Shown here in pieces: positions 47,905-61,190 of a stretch of 64,000 nt of DNA. The translations under genes and the position numbers were made by a program. Source of the stretch: Dendrobates tinctorius (taxonomy: Eukaryota); the NCBI RefSeq assembly GCF_039654945.1, contig NW_027361696.1:68448001-68512000 (forward strand). Reading direction: 5' to 3'. Positions within the stretch are counted from its first letter, which is position 1. Each line of letters begins with the position of its first letter. Under the pieces are notes generated by a model. The model was not told the DNA's origin. It saw only the letters and a list, made by a program, of their open reading frames with translations, and searched no databases.

Positions 47905-48404
47905 TGGCTGGTAGGAGCAATGCCTAGTAAAAGACTGTGAAGATGAGGATGAATGAACTCATGGAGATCAACATCCAACACTGCGGAGACACCATCACGT
48001 GTTTCTCAACGCAGTGATTCTAGAGCACTGCCCCATCCCTTATGGGAAATATGCAAAACAGAGTAAGCTGGCCATACTCATTGGATAGCCATCTCTCCTG
48101 ACACGCCCATACACAGTAATGCTCAGCTTAACTTATCTCCCCGCTGAACAAAAAGATTGGGTAATTGAACTCCAATCTCCTGGTCCTCCTGTTCTCAACA
48201 TAAACCGTCAGGGGACAGTTCGGATACCCACATACACATCAGATGATCAGATGATCAGCCGATCCCGACGTATTTGGCAAGTCTGGCCAGTTTTTATACG
48301 ATGTGTATGGGGTCTTAATGAGTAACCATCATCTCAGTTTTTATGTCATATATCAATAGTACACATGAAAATGAGAAACTTTGTCATATATCTTATCAGA
48401 GAAA

Positions 48405-51120
48405 TTATTATTATTGTGCATTTAATAAACATGTGTAAGACAAGGGACACGCAAGTACATAAGGAGAGGGGACCCTGCCCGCAAGGGCTCACAGTCTACA
48501 GGGATGGGTGAGGATACAGTAAGAGAGGGGAGAGCAGGTCTTTCTGTGGTTCAGTAGACCGAGGATCATTGCAGGCTGTATTCTTGTCGGAACAGGTGGG
48601 TCTTCAGGTTCTTCTTCAAGGTTTCCGTTGATGGTGAGAGTCTGATGTGTTGCGGCAGGGAGTTCCAGAGTATGGGGGAAGCACGGGAGAAGTCTTGTAT
48701 GTGGTTGTGGGAAAAAGAGATAAGGGGGGAGTAGAGAAGGAGATCTTGAGATGATCGAAGATGCGTGCGGGTAGGTACCTAGAGACCATGTCACAGATGT
48801 ATGGAGGAGACAGGTTGTGGATGGCTTTGTATGTCATGGTTAGGGTTTTGAATTGTAGCCTCTGGACAATAGGAAGCCAGTGAAGGGCCTGGCATAGGGG
48901 GGAGGCTGGGGAATAGCGGGGAGACAGGTGGATTAGCCGGGCAGCAGAGTGTAGGATGGACTGGAGTGGTGCCAGAGTGCTAGAGGGGAGGCCAGAGAGT
49001 AGAAGGTTGCAGTAGTCAAGGCGGGAGATAAGAGCATGCACTAGTGTTTTTGTGGTTTTGTGGTTGAGGAATGAGCGGATCCGGGAAATATTTTTGAGTT
49101 TCAGGCGGCAGGAGGAGGCGAGGGCCTGGATATGTGGTTTGAAAGAGCGCAGAGTCAAGGATCACCCCAAGGCACCGAGCGTGTCGGACTGGGGAAAGAG
49201 AGCAGCCATTGACATTGATGGATAGGTCTGGTGGAGGGGTAGAGTGAGATGGGGAAAGATGATGAATTCCGTTTTGTCCATGTTCAGTTTAAGAAAGCGA
49301 GCAGAGAAGAAGGCTGAGATAGCAGACAGACATTGTGGGATTTCAGTCAGTAAGGAGGCGAGGTCGGGTCCAGATAGGTAGATCTGCGTGTCATCGTCAT
49401 AGAGGTGATACTGCAAACCGTGGGATTCTATGAGCTGTCAAAAAGCCGAAGGTATAGATGGAGAATAGTAGGGGTCCTAGGACAGAGCCTTGGGGAACAC
49501 CAACAGACAGGGGCCGAGATGAGGAGGTGGTGTGTGAGAGGGAGACACTAAATGTTCGGTCTGTTAGGTATGATGAGATCCAGGATAGGGCCAAGTCTGT
49601 GATGCCAAGAGATGAGAGTCTGTAGCAGGAGGGAATGGTCTACGGTGTCGAAGGCAGAGAACAGGTCCAGGAGAAGGCGGACAGAGTAGTGTCGCTTGCT
49701 CTTGGCGGTTAGTAAGTCGTTAGTGACTTTAGTTAGGGCAGTTTCAGTTGAGTGATGTGGTCGGAAGCCAGATTGTAACCGGTCAAAGAGGGAACAGGAG
49801 GAGAGGTGAGAGGACAGTTCAAGATATACATGCTGTTCCAGTAGTTTTGAGGCGTAAGGGAGAAGAGATATTGGGCGATAGTTAGACACAGAGGATTGGT
49901 CAAGGGAGGGCTTTTTGAGGATGGGTGTGATTGAGGCATGTTTGAAGGATGAGAGAAAGATACCATTTGTAAGTGAAAGGTTGAAAAGGTGTGTTAGAGA
50001 TGGGATGAGGACTGTGGCCAAGTTAGGGATGAGGTGAGACGGGAGTGGGTCGAGGGCACAAGTGGTGAGGTGTGATCTTGACAGAAGGGTGGAGAGCTGA
50101 TCTTCTGTCATGGTGGAGAAGCTGGCTTTTGCAGAACAGGGCTGAGCGGCTAAGAGGGGCATTGGGGGCTGCGGGCCAAAGTTTTGTCTGATTGTGTCGA
50201 TCTTCTGCTTAAGGAAGGAGGCAAAGTCTTCAGCAGAATTGAGGGGAGGGGGAGGAGGTGTTGTGGGACGGAGTAGAGAATTGAAAGTGTTGAAGAGCTG
50301 TTTAGGGTTGTGAGACAGGGAGAATATGAGAGATGCGAAGTAAGTTTGTTTTGCAGCAGAGAGCGTGGACTTAAAGCTGACAAGGGACTGCTTGTATGCG
50401 TTGAAGTGCTCAGTAGAATGGGTTCTCTTCCATCTCCGCTCAGCGACCCTGGAAACCCGTCTCAGTTCTTTGGTCAGGCTGGTCAGCCAGGGCTGCCTGT
50501 TGATTGTTCGAGTTTTGCTCTGCGTGAGGGGGGCAGCCGAATCGAGTGTTGCTGTTATTATGGTGTTATAAAAAGTGGCAGCAGCATCTGTGTCATGAAG
50601 GGAAGCTATGTCTGTAAGAGGGAGAAGGGACTCAGACAGTGATTGTAAATTGAGGTGTTTGAGATTCCTGCGAGGGTGAGCGAGTTTATGGAGCGGGGGT
50701 TGCGCAGTAGGAGAGGAGAGGGAAGAGAATGTCAGTAGGTTGTGGTCAGACAGATGTGTTGAGGAGGGCCAGGATTTGGGGATACATCGCCAGCAATGAG
50801 GAGTAGTAGACGGAGCATTAGAAGGTGGGAGCAGGATAGGACATGATGTGGCCATGTGTGTCTGGAGAAAAAGGATTTATATGTGGAGGAACAGTTGTGA
50901 GGAGAAGGTTAGGTGGCTGGGGAGAATGGAGAGGGAGATGAATAGTTCCTTACTAGGAGGGGGGATTGAAGGAGTTAGGGAGAAATAGAGTAGTATGGGG
51001 GTGATCGTAAAAAGAAGACGAAACATTGTTGTGGTGTTATAGGCTGTTACCTTGCAGTCAAATTCCAGTCCAATTCTAGTTTAATTCAGAGTACTTAGAA
51101 ATCAGTACTTTGAAATAAGA
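48405..51120 (-). mobile_element. L2 LINE, frameshifted, endonuclease largely deleted
   Basis: RT motifs [41 protein letters not shown] and HWLP in several frames; 5' boundary approximate. Confidence 0.9.
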
Positions 51121-53117
51121 ATTTTGACATTGATGGAGCCGACTACGTCTGGAGCAGACCCATGGTGCTGAATATATGTGCAGCTAAAGACAATCAGGTG
51201 TGAGTGAAAGTGGGGTGTGACTGCCCAGGCCAAATGCATAGAGTTAAGCAGAAGTCATAAAAGGGGGAAGGGGTTATTTGTCCTCCTGGAGTGATCATTC
51301 ATTCATTGATAATTCGTTCTCAATTCGCTAGTAAAATTTTATTCCGTGAAGACAGCTTTTATAATTACTGAGATGACAGTTGGTGCTTTTAAAATTCTAT
51401 GGAGGTGGAAGGAGCTAAAAGCAGACATAGCTCTCTGGAAACAGTTTAAAGTTCTCCATAGAACTTTGAGAACCAACTGTCATATCCTATCTCGGTTATG
51501 GAAAAAATCTGAAAACTGTGAATTGAGGATAATCAGTCCAGGAGGAGAAAGAAGCAGATTTCTCTGAAAAAATATAATACAAAATGTCTTATTTTCATAT
51601 GTACTATTGATTTATGGGGGGAAAAGAAATATAAATAACGGCTACCCTTTAAGTCATGTACTTTTTATAGTCTCTTCATATTAGATAATCACATTGAACA
51701 GGGAACCCTGCTTATTTTTCATGAGCATTTTTTTTTATTTTGTAAGTATGTATTCTAAGACAGGCAGCCTCTTTAATGCCACGTAGGTTGGCAGCACATG
51801 TTGGCATTGTGGTGACGATCCAGCAGGGTTATGTTCAATACCACAACAGCTGCGGCAATCGGTGATACAGTCAGAAGATCCCAGAACGGATCTCTCTTTG
51901 GATAATACTGCTCCACGTGTTCATGTGCCAGTGGAACGGACTGAGGCAGAGTCTCCTGTTCACACCCATCACAACAAATGGTTCATGAAATGATCAGGCC
52001 AGTGTCAGCAGAGGATTATGCCACCTACACAAGTATTAGCATCTTTTTCCACTCTGAAGGGGGCACAGCGCCTGCTGTTAACTATATGCGACCCCTGAAA
52101 TTCATCAGAGAGGGACAATCATGCAAAAAAAGACAGATGCCTAAGCATGCCCTATAGGAGAGGTCTAAAAACTGGGGCAACTACAAGTCCCAGCACAACT
52201 AGCAGAGCAAGCGAGGAATTGCATCTTGAACAAATATCCATAGTTCTAGGATATATTTAGAAAAATATATACGGTAAATTTTCTTAAAACTCTGCATTAT
52301 ACCAATACTCTGTTATTCTTCCTGGAAATGTGAATAAATTGACAACTGGGTGTAGCCATTTATCTTGTCCAAAGTGGTAGATCCCTAAAGAGCCTGACAC
52401 TGGTAGCATTGATTGGTCTGTGTAACATTACACTATATGGTCAAACATTCATTTAATGCCACGTTTTATACACTTCCAGGATGAATAGCAGATGGACAGC
52501 ACAATAAAAGTTCTACAGTAAGCAAAGATACTGCAGAGTTGATTTGGGGGAAGAACTTCAGAATTAAAGGATTTTCCAAAATAGACATGTTGGAAGAGCG
52601 GACTGGAACTTTTTAAAGTTAAACCCCCATTCACTTTGAAATAAGAGACATTCATGCATTTTTTTGGCAGACCGAGCCAAGATGGAGTTGTCACTCATTT
52701 CCATAGCTCCAAAAGATATCCGATATGCCTTGGTCTGTCTACACAAGTAGTCATTGTAGCACTTTTGTTAGTCTATTTATCAACCAGGAGGATCAGAATA
52801 AACTTCAAAAAGCATTGCTGTAGTTAGAAACTTGCACTGGTACTTGTAGTACTACTGCAGCAGATGCACACTCACCATCATCTGTCTCACAGGTTTTTAC
52901 CGTAGGAAAATAACTTTGCGAATTGAGCTATTTCTTAGACCTCTGAGATTTGCTGCTCAGACATTACATAATCAATGCTACAGCGTGTTTGTGTGTATAC
53001 TGAAGTGATTTGCACATTCATTTCTAGAACAGAAAGGACAATTGCACGGTGTATACAATGCAGCCCCTTGCCATGCAGTATACCTTTACTAATATGCTAA
53101 AGAATGGCTAATTCTAT

Positions 53118-53426
53118 AGAACTAGAACCATCAGTACAGAAATACTTCACCAGAACCACCATCGGGACATAAATACATCACCAGAACCATATTCAGTATG
53201 TGAATACATCAATAGAACTACCATCAGTACATTGAATACAGCACCAAAGCCTCCATCAGTATATGAATACATTACCATAATCAGCAATAGTACATGAATA
53301 TAGCAAAATAATCATTTTTAGTATAAAAATACAGCACCAGAACCATCATCAATAAACATGAACACAGAAATAGCAGTTTTTGAATACATACGCAGAACCA
53401 TCATCAGTACATGAATACATCACCAT
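53118..53426. repeat. Degenerate minisatellite, ~31-bp unit
   Basis: Variants of cagaaccatcatcagtacatgaatacagcac repeated ~9-10 times. Confidence 0.7.
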
Positions 53427-53665
53427 TGTGACAAGTGGATTGAGGATTATTCCCTAGGAACTCTACAGATTTCATGTACAGGATTTTTTAAAACTTGTAT
53501 GACAAGCTCTGTGTGAACTGTATTGATGCCAGTACTGAAGACATTCTAATTTTCACTCAGCTACTTATAATTACTAGCGATGCTTTAAATTAAAAGGGGT
53601 TTCAGGTTTGGACAATTCCTTGTTGTCAGAAAGGTTCCAGAATGTAATCTGTGAGTGATCAGCTG

Positions 53666-54684
53666 TAGTGATGGGCGAACCCCTGGATATTTGGGTCTGC
53701 TGAGTTGAGCCAAACAGTTACAAAAAAAAAGTTCGGTTTGGGTACCAGAACAGTACCTGGACCCCAATCAGATGAATGGGGGTCCCGAACATCCATTGTT
53801 TGCCACCCTGTCATCTGCATGGCAAACAGTGGTTCTAATCGGTGGTAAGATTATTACCATCGGTCAGAAAACTGCGGTTCCCACGCTGTCAGATGAACGC
53901 TTGAGCCAGCAGCTCTTAAAGTCGGTAAAATGTTTACTAATACATGGGCTTGATGTCACCTGACAATACAAAGGTGACATCAACCCCACAAATATTAACC
54001 CCACTTGCCTCAGGGCAAGTAGGAAGATCCGGGCAAAGTGCCAGGATTGGTGCATCTAATAGATGCACCTTTTCTGGATCAACTATGAGATTCTATGTTT
54101 AGGCTAAGGAGGGCCAATATCCATGGCCCCTTACCAGACTGAGAATACCAGCCCCCAGCTGTCTGCTTTAGCAAGACTGGTTGTCAAAAATGGGAGGGAC
54201 CCCACGCCATTAAAAAAAAATGTCATGGGGACCCCTGTATTCTTGATAACCAGTCTTTCTGAAGCTGACAGCTGAGGGTTGCAGCCTGCAGCTGTCAGTT
54301 TTCCCATCTTGGTTATCAAAAATAGAGGAAAACACACACAATTTTTTGAATATTATTTATAGTGCAGGTGACATCTGCTTAATACTCCCATCAGCTGTGC
54401 CTGATCTCACTGTTATCAATGACAGCAGGCGTATACTGATGGCAGTATTATTTTCTCATCAGCCGATGCAGTAAACTGATCACATCTGCTGGCTCACGCA
54501 GCTCTCTGACCGGCAGTAATAATCTTACCAGATCATGCAGATGACAGCATGGGAAACACCCGATGTTTGGGGTGCCGAACCCGAAGAGTAACACAGGCTT
54601 CCTGGAGAAGTCGGTGTTCGGGGTCTGTGCCTGAACAATAGGTGTTCAGTACGGACCACAAACTTTTGGGTTCACCCATATCTA
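53666..54684. mobile_element. Non-autonomous hAT-type transposon
   Basis: TIRs TAGTGATGGGCGAAC / GTTCACCCATATCTA; 8-bp TSD ATCAGCTG at 53658-53665 and 54685-54692. Confidence 0.8.
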
Positions 54685-54936
54685 ATCAGCTGTAGTCTAT
54701 GATGACACTCTGCAATGAAAATTCAATTTCCCTGCAGCACCATCACAGGGAAAATGAAACATTACGCAGTTCTAACAGAAATTAACATATGGTACATGAC
54801 ACAAACTGACATGTCAGGTGAGGCAGAGCGTGCCTCAGGGGCATCAAACAGGATGCATAAAGCAGGATGTAGGAGTGCTTACTGTTTGGTGCGATGGCCT
54901 GGCACCCCAGGACACACAGGTATCAGTGGTGTAACG

Positions 54937-55292
54937 TTAAGGAGGATCTGTCACTACTTTAAAATTATCCAGTTTGTGCTCTTATTTTATTCCTCCTGCT
55001 CCCCTGACCGTTCTGATTGTTCTTTTTCCTAAATCTGCCATATGGTTCCAGAGATATGAGCCTTTTTATTTAGTGCTAATTTTTGTGATCTTTAGCAAGG
55101 GGGCGTGGTTCACAGGGTAATTATGCAGAGCAGCCTAAAGACACGCCCCAGAGGATCCTGTGACAAAAGACCAAGCACTAAATAAAAATGCTCATATCTC
55201 TGGAAACATATGGAAGATTTATGAAAAACAAAAAACATGCCTACTCAGGTGAGCAGGAAGAATAGAAAAAGAGTACAAACTGAAATCTTTAA
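54937..55292. mobile_element. Kolobok/T2-type MITE
   Basis: TTAA-flanked; inverted arms ccatatggttccagagatatgagc / gctcatatctctggaaacatatgg. Confidence 0.6.
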
Positions 55293-55439
55293 GGACTCAT
55301 TGTTCCCAATTCAAAATAGGGCTCCCAATGATCATGGGTCTTTTTATTGATCTTATCATATGGACCAAGGGGACTTTTTGGGCCCCGAAATTCCAGTGAC
55401 AAAAATCAACTAAAGGATTATAATGTTACACCCTTTATA

Positions 55440-58400
55440 CATTGTTTATCTAAGTACATGTATCAAAGTACTTCTGGCAGTTATAACATGGATGAATGTG
55501 ACACGCATCTCTATTCTCTTCATACAGGTAACCAGCTTTTCCAATCTCTGCTCTGAATCCACTCCTGTGTCTCCATTCAATGTCAGCAAGCAGTTAATCC
55601 TGAATGCTATCTATGTGTTTTCAACTCTGCAAGCTTATATCTGGTAACCAGCTTTTCCAATCTCTGCTCTGAATCCACTCCTGTGTCTCCATTCAATGTC
55701 AGCAAGCAGTTAATCCTGAATGCTATCTATGTGTTTTCAACTCTGCAAGCTTATATCTGGTATATAGTTATTTCAACTTACTCTGCTTGTCCCCTTATGT
55801 TGTGAGGTCAAGAAACTTTTCAAAGTGCTTTATGATCCATGTAGTGCTGGACATGTGTTTATTTGACCACAACATTTTATTGGGTCCTGGTGTCTCAATT
55901 TAGTGTGATTGATTAACGAGAAGAGAGAGCCCAAAAAAAAAAAAAAAAAAAAAAACTTAGCCGTAACCTCCTATATATTCAGACCTAGCTAGGGGGAGCA
56001 TTTATGCAGGGGTGGCATTTATGCACATGTAATCTAAGTACATGTATCAAAGTACTTCTGGCAGTTATAACATGGTAGTTAGACAGGGCAGGAGACAGGT
56101 AAGACATTTATATACATCTACTCTCTGTACATTTGGAGTACAACAAATATATACCATATGCATTTGTGTAATTTTTATCCTGGCCGCTGCATTCACACAC
56201 ATCCACCGCCCTGGCATTAACTCTCCACACTCCATCCATATTGGCCCCTCGCTCCTTTCCTCTCCTATGTATAGCACTCATGCTCTTTTCACATTGTTAA
56301 ATTGCACAGATCCAGCCAGTCCCACCATTCAACACCAGAGACGCTCTCACAAATCACTTAACCATCTGCTCACTCTTTCTATCCTCCTTCTCCTAGTTGC
56401 AGGAGACATTGCTCCCAACCCTGGTCCCCCATGTTATAGAAAGTCAAACCCCCCCACTGCTACACTCAGAAACCCCTCTAATCTTATTAATATTCCCTGC
56501 ATGCCATCTGTCTCTCTTAATTGTGCACTTTGGAATTCTCGCTCAGTGTGTAACAAACTCTCCTTCATTCATGACTTCTTCCTTTCTAATTCTCTTAACC
56601 TTCTGGCTCTTACTGAAACCTGGATCCAGCAGTCAGATACTACCGCTGCTGCTGCTCTCTCATACGGGGGGCTACACTTCTCTCATACCCCAAGATCAGA
56701 CAATAGAGCTGGTGGAGGCGTTGGTCTGCTCCTATCACCAAAATGTACCTTTCAGGTTATCCCTCAAGTACCCTCACTTGTCTTCCCTTCTTTTGAGGTC
56801 CATGCCGTCAGACTCTACACCCCCTTCTCCATGCGAGTGGCGGTGGTATATCGTCCTCCCGGCCCCTCCCATCAGTTCCTGGATCATTTTGCCACTTGGC
56901 TTCCACATTTTCTCTCCTGTGACATCCCTACCCTCCTCATGGGAGATTTCAACATCCCCATTGCTCTTCCCCTCTCCCCATCTGCTACTCACCTTTTATC
57001 TCTAACCTCCTCATTTGGCCTTTCGCAGCTTACTAATTCTCCAACGCATGAAGACGGAAACTCCCTCGACTTGGTCTTCTCTCGTTTTTGTGCAGTGGAT
57101 GATTTTGCAAACTCCCCTCTCCCGCTCTCTGACCACAATCTTCTTTCATTCTCTATAAAGAACTGCCAGGCTGCTCAGGTCACCCCCACTGTCCAGACTT
57201 ATAGAAACACACAGGCCATTAACACCCAGAAACTTCTGAAGAACTTGCAGTCTTCATTGGCCCCTATCTCCTCCCTCTCATGTCCTGATTCTGCATTGAA
57301 GCATTACAATGAAACACTTCAAACTGCCCTGGATGAATTTGCACCCCCTATAAATAGAACACCACAACGCAGACGGCGACAACCCTGGCACACGGTGCAA
57401 ACACGTTTCCTGCAGCGGTGCTCCAGGTGCGCCGAACGTCTGTGGAGAAAATCCAATCTACACGAAGATTTCATCCATTTTAAGTTTATGCTTAGAACAT
57501 ACAACACTGCCCTTCACCTCTCCAAACAAACCTATTTCAACACCCTCATCATCTCACTGTCCAATAACCCGAAACGTCTCTTTGACACTTTTCATTCTCT
57601 ACTCAATCCAAGAGTACAGGCCCCAACCACTGAGCTCCGAGCTGACGATCTGGCCAATTACTTCAAAGAAAAAATTGACCAGATCCGACAGGAAATTATC
57701 TCTAAATCCCCTCATACCATGCACTGTCTTCCCTCCCCCACTGCATCTAACTCACTCTCTGATTTTGAACCAGTCACAGAAGAAGAAGTAAGCAGGCTCC
57801 TTGCATCTTCTCGCCCAACTACTTGCACCAGTGACCCATTTCCGTCACATCTCCTCCAGTCCCTTTCCCCTGCTGTCACCCCTCACCTAACTAAAATATT
57901 TAACCTCTCTCTCTCTTCTGGTATTTTTCCCTCCTCATTTAAGCATGCCATCATACATCCACTACTTAAAAAACCATCCCTCGACCAAAATTGTGCCGCT
58001 AACTATAGACCTGTCTCTAATCTTCCCTTCATCTCTAAACTCCTGGAACGCCTGGTCCACTCCCGTCTTATCCGCTATCTCTCAGAAAACTCTGTTCTCG
58101 ACCCTCTCCAATCCGGTTTCCGCTCTTTACACTCCACTGAAACTGCCCTCACTAAAGTCTCTAATGATCTGCTAACAGCTAAATCAAATGGTCATTACTC
58201 CATGCTAATTCTCTTGGATCTCTCTGCAGCATTCGACACTGTGGATCATCAGCTCCTCCTCACTATGCTCCATTCCATTGGCCTCAAGGACACCGTTCTC
58301 TCCTGGTTCTCCTCCTATCTCTCCGACCGCTCCTTTACTGTTTCTTTTGCCGGTTCCTCCTCCTCTCACCTTCCCCTTACTGTTGGGGTTCCTCAAGGAT

Positions 58401-59697
58401 CGGTTCTAGGCCCCCTCCTCTTCTCCTTGTACACTGCCCCTATTGGTCAAACAATCAGTAGATTTGGTTTCCAGTACCATCTCTATGCTGATGACACCCA
58501 ATTATACGCTTCTTCTCCTGACATCACGCCAGCCTTTCTAGAAAACACTGGCGATTGTCTAAACGCTGTGTCTAATATCATGTCCTCACTATATCTGAAA
58601 CTGAACCTGTCAAAGACTGAACTCCTTGTGTTTCCTCCCGCTACTAATGTACCTACACCCGACATTGCCATTTCCGTCTGTGGTTCCACTATTACTCCCC
58701 AGCAACATGCCCGCTGTCTTGGGGTCATACTTGATTCCGAGCTTTCCTTTGCCCCCCACATTCGATCACTGGCTCGCTCTTGTCATCTGCACCTCAAAAA
58801 CATTTCTAGAATTCGACCTTTTCTTACTTTTGACTCTGCAAAAACTCTTACTGTTTCTCTTATTCATTCTCGTCTCGACTATTGTAACTCTCTTCTAATC
58901 GGTCTCCCTCTTACAAAACTCTCCCCTCTCCAATCTGTCTTGAATGCTGCAGCCAGGATCATATTCATCACCAATCGTTACACCGATGCCTCTACCTTGT
59001 GCCAGTCATTACACTGGCTACCCATCCACTCCAGAATTCAGTATAAACTTATTACCCTCACCCACAAAGCCCTCCATGGCTCAGCACCACCCTACATCTC
59101 CTCCCTTGTTTCAGTATACCACCCTACCCGCGCCCTCCGTTCTGCTGATGACCTGAGGTTAGTATCCTCAATAGTCAGAACCTCCCACTCCCGTCTCCAA
59201 GACTTTACACGTGCCGCGCCAATTCTTTGGAATGCACTTCCCAGGTCAATACGATTAGTCCCCAATCCCCACAATTTTAAGCGTGTCCTGAAAACGCATT
59301 TATTCAGACTGGCCTATCGCCTCAACACATTAACCTAACCTATCCCTGTGTGGCAGAGCCAAAAATTTTACCATAACCAGGTTCCCAGCATCATGTTCCC
59401 ACATGCTTTATGCATCCATTAGCCCTCTGTGTCTGTACTGTTACACACTTAACATTATGGCTGGTCCATACAATCAGGGCAACTGTTACCACCCACCTTT
59501 CGTGTCTACCTCTTTCCTCATAGACTGTAAGCTTGCGAGCAGGGCCCTCACTCCTCTTGGTATTTGTTATAATCTACTGTATGTGATTATTGTTATGCTG
59601 TAATGTCTATTGTCTGTACAAATCCCCTCTGAAATGTAAAGTGCTGCGGAATATGTCGGCGCTATAAAAATAAAATTTATTATTATTATTATTATTA
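55440..59697 (+). mobile_element. L2 LINE, apparently near full length and young
   Basis: Uninterrupted EN-RT ORF, 3' UTR ending in (TTA)n at 59697, 5' region with 117-bp and ~43-bp duplications; 5' boundary approximate. Confidence 0.9.
56042..59338 (+). CDS. L2 ORF2: 2A-like peptide, APE endonuclease, reverse transcriptase
   Basis: WNSRS, LTETW, GGGVG, GDFN, SDH (APE); [18 protein letters not shown] (RT); true start codon uncertain. Confidence 0.93.
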   Translation: MYQSTSGSYNMVVRQGRRQVRHLYTSTLCTFGVQQIYTICICVIFILAAAFTHIHRPGINSPHSIHIGPSLLSSPMYSTHALFTLLNCTDPASPTIQHQRRSHKSLNHLLTLSILLLLVAGDIAPNPGPPCYRKSNPPTATLRNPSNLINIPCMPSVSLNCALWNSRSVCNKLSFIHDFFLSNSLNLLALTETWIQQSDTTAAAALSYGGLHFSHTPRSDNRAGGGVGLLLSPKCTFQVIPQVPSLVFPSFEVHAVRLYTPFSMRVAVVYRPPGPSHQFLDHFATWLPHFLSCDIPTLLMGDFNIPIALPLSPSATHLLSLTSSFGLSQLTNSPTHEDGNSLDLVFSRFCAVDDFANSPLPLSDHNLLSFSIKNCQAAQVTPTVQTYRNTQAINTQKLLKNLQSSLAPISSLSCPDSALKHYNETLQTALDEFAPPINRTPQRRRRQPWHTVQTRFLQRCSRCAERLWRKSNLHEDFIHFKFMLRTYNTALHLSKQTYFNTLIISLSNNPKRLFDTFHSLLNPRVQAPTTELRADDLANYFKEKIDQIRQEIISKSPHTMHCLPSPTASNSLSDFEPVTEEEVSRLLASSRPTTCTSDPFPSHLLQSLSPAVTPHLTKIFNLSLSSGIFPSSFKHAIIHPLLKKPSLDQNCAANYRPVSNLPFISKLLERLVHSRLIRYLSENSVLDPLQSGFRSLHSTETALTKVSNDLLTAKSNGHYSMLILLDLSAAFDTVDHQLLLTMLHSIGLKDTVLSWFSSYLSDRSFTVSFAGSSSSHLPLTVGVPQGSVLGPLLFSLYTAPIGQTISRFGFQYHLYADDTQLYASSPDITPAFLENTGDCLNAVSNIMSSLYLKLNLSKTELLVFPPATNVPTPDIAISVCGSTITPQQHARCLGVILDSELSFAPHIRSLARSCHLHLKNISRIRPFLTFDSAKTLTVSLIHSRLDYCNSLLIGLPLTKLSPLQSVLNAAARIIFITNRYTDASTLCQSLHWLPIHSRIQYKLITLTHKALHGSAPPYISSLVSVYHPTRALRSADDLRLVSSIVRTSHSRLQDFTRAAPILWNALPRSIRLVPNPHNFKRVLKTHLFRLAYRLNTLT

Positions 59698-59899
59698 ACT
59701 ATTACATTACTATGTATGGAGCTGTCATTTGGTCACTGTATGTCGGTGTTATTTCTGTACTCTATGGCAGTATTTAGTTTGTGTGGCTTGGCTTTTTGGA
59801 CACTGTACGATGCATTTGTTTTGCAATATATGGCGATAGTGACTGTAACCTTTATATATTGTATATACAACTGTATCACAATGTTATTTACCCAGTTAT

Positions 59900-61190
59900 G
59901 GAACTGGACAGTATGGTGTTATAGTGTTACAGTATCAGAATGGTTCCCTAAAGCTTCATTATTTATTAACAAAAAACAATGTATCACTAAACCTTGTACC
60001 GTCTCCTTCCAACATATAGAAGTCAGCAAGAAAAAAAGAAAACAGAAGTTCTGGTTTACAGCAGCTCCACCGAAATCCTTCTCTCCCCATCTGACACTGT
60101 CTAATGTTACCCCTCCTACTCCCATCCAAGCCGCCGCCTTTCCTGGCCATCTCTAGCCCCAGCTAGCTGGCAGGGATCTCGAAGTCATCATCTGCAAGGC
60201 AAAGGCAGGGAGAGGGACTGCAGGCAGACACTCCTCTGGTAAGGCAACTCTGCTCCCTTTTATTCTATGCTTTCCCTTGTTTTGGATGTGACCTCTAATT
60301 ATAAAGTTTGGGGTCATATTTGGACCACTCGCCAAGACCCCTTTCTGGAAGAGGTCTAGTAAGGTCCTGGACGATTTGGAAATCATTAGGGGAGTAGACA
60401 AAAGGCAGAAGTGGAAAACTGCACTGGAAGAAATAGAAGCAATGCTGGTTGTGTGGGGGCAGCGGATGATCATATTCTACACCTAGAAATAGCTTAGAGG
60501 GGGCTGCGCTCCAAAAAGTTTACTATAGTGCCAACCTATTTCAAAGTGCTGTACACCGAACATAGCCATGTACAATCTAAAATCGCAGATTTATACCCGT
60601 ATGAGCGAGGGGTAAATTTGGATGTGATATCTGCAGGTACGCAGTCAATCAAAGCAGTGGAAGTTCTGGCTGATTGTTTACTAGCTAAAAGTTGTGTATG
60701 GATTGTAATTCTATAGCTCCAAACTTCATTCATAAAAGTCCTAGGACCTCAGAATAGTAAATTGCTTAAATATTCGGCCAACGGTCTGACAAATTGATCA
60801 AAACTTTGGATGGAAATTGGAACACAGATGTGCCAAATATATAAAGAGGTGCGCAGCTCCTAATTGGCAGATCTTAGCCCAACGCCTATTGGTTTAATAC
60901 TGGCGTATGAGACGAGGGTCGAAATAAATCTTCATATATAAAAGGAGTAATCCCATCTAGATGTGAAAACTTGTCTGCGAGATGACTGGAGCTTGCAAGA
61001 TATTGTCTGTAACTTCCATTCACTTCTATGGGAGATAGTGAAAAAGTATAGCAAAAGAAAGCACTAAGATGACCTAAAGGAGATTTTTTTTCCGTTTTGA
61101 GCTCCAAAAGTTTAATTATTGGATTACTAAAAGTTAAGAAAGTTTCCAAAATAATTTCATTTCATTAATTCCAATATCCTGTTCACATCT
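59900..61190 (-). mobile_element. Heavily decayed L1/Tx1-like ORF2 3' fragment
   Basis: Broken minus-strand frames loosely resembling an L1 ORF2 C-terminus; no intact motifs. Confidence 0.35.

Larger units (their letters stand above)
47233..48060 (-). mobile_element. Tandem retrozyme array, 351-bp unit x2.36, TSD-flanked
   Basis: Units start at 47233, 47584 and 47935; direct repeat CAGAGTAAGCTG at 47224-47235 and 48059-48070; one hammerhead per full unit. Confidence 0.92.

Noticed and set aside
47251-47940. Duplicated 112-aa plus-strand ORFs, and an endless ORF on a 351-nt (3n) circle
   Set aside because: The ORFs are antisense to the ribozyme strand, have no recognisable motifs and end in stops; the ORF track shows no frame running through unit junctions.
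59143-59165. CTGATGA in the L2 3' region (also ~22301) as a hammerhead
   Set aside because: No stem II plus GAAA follows; it is coding sequence (ADD).
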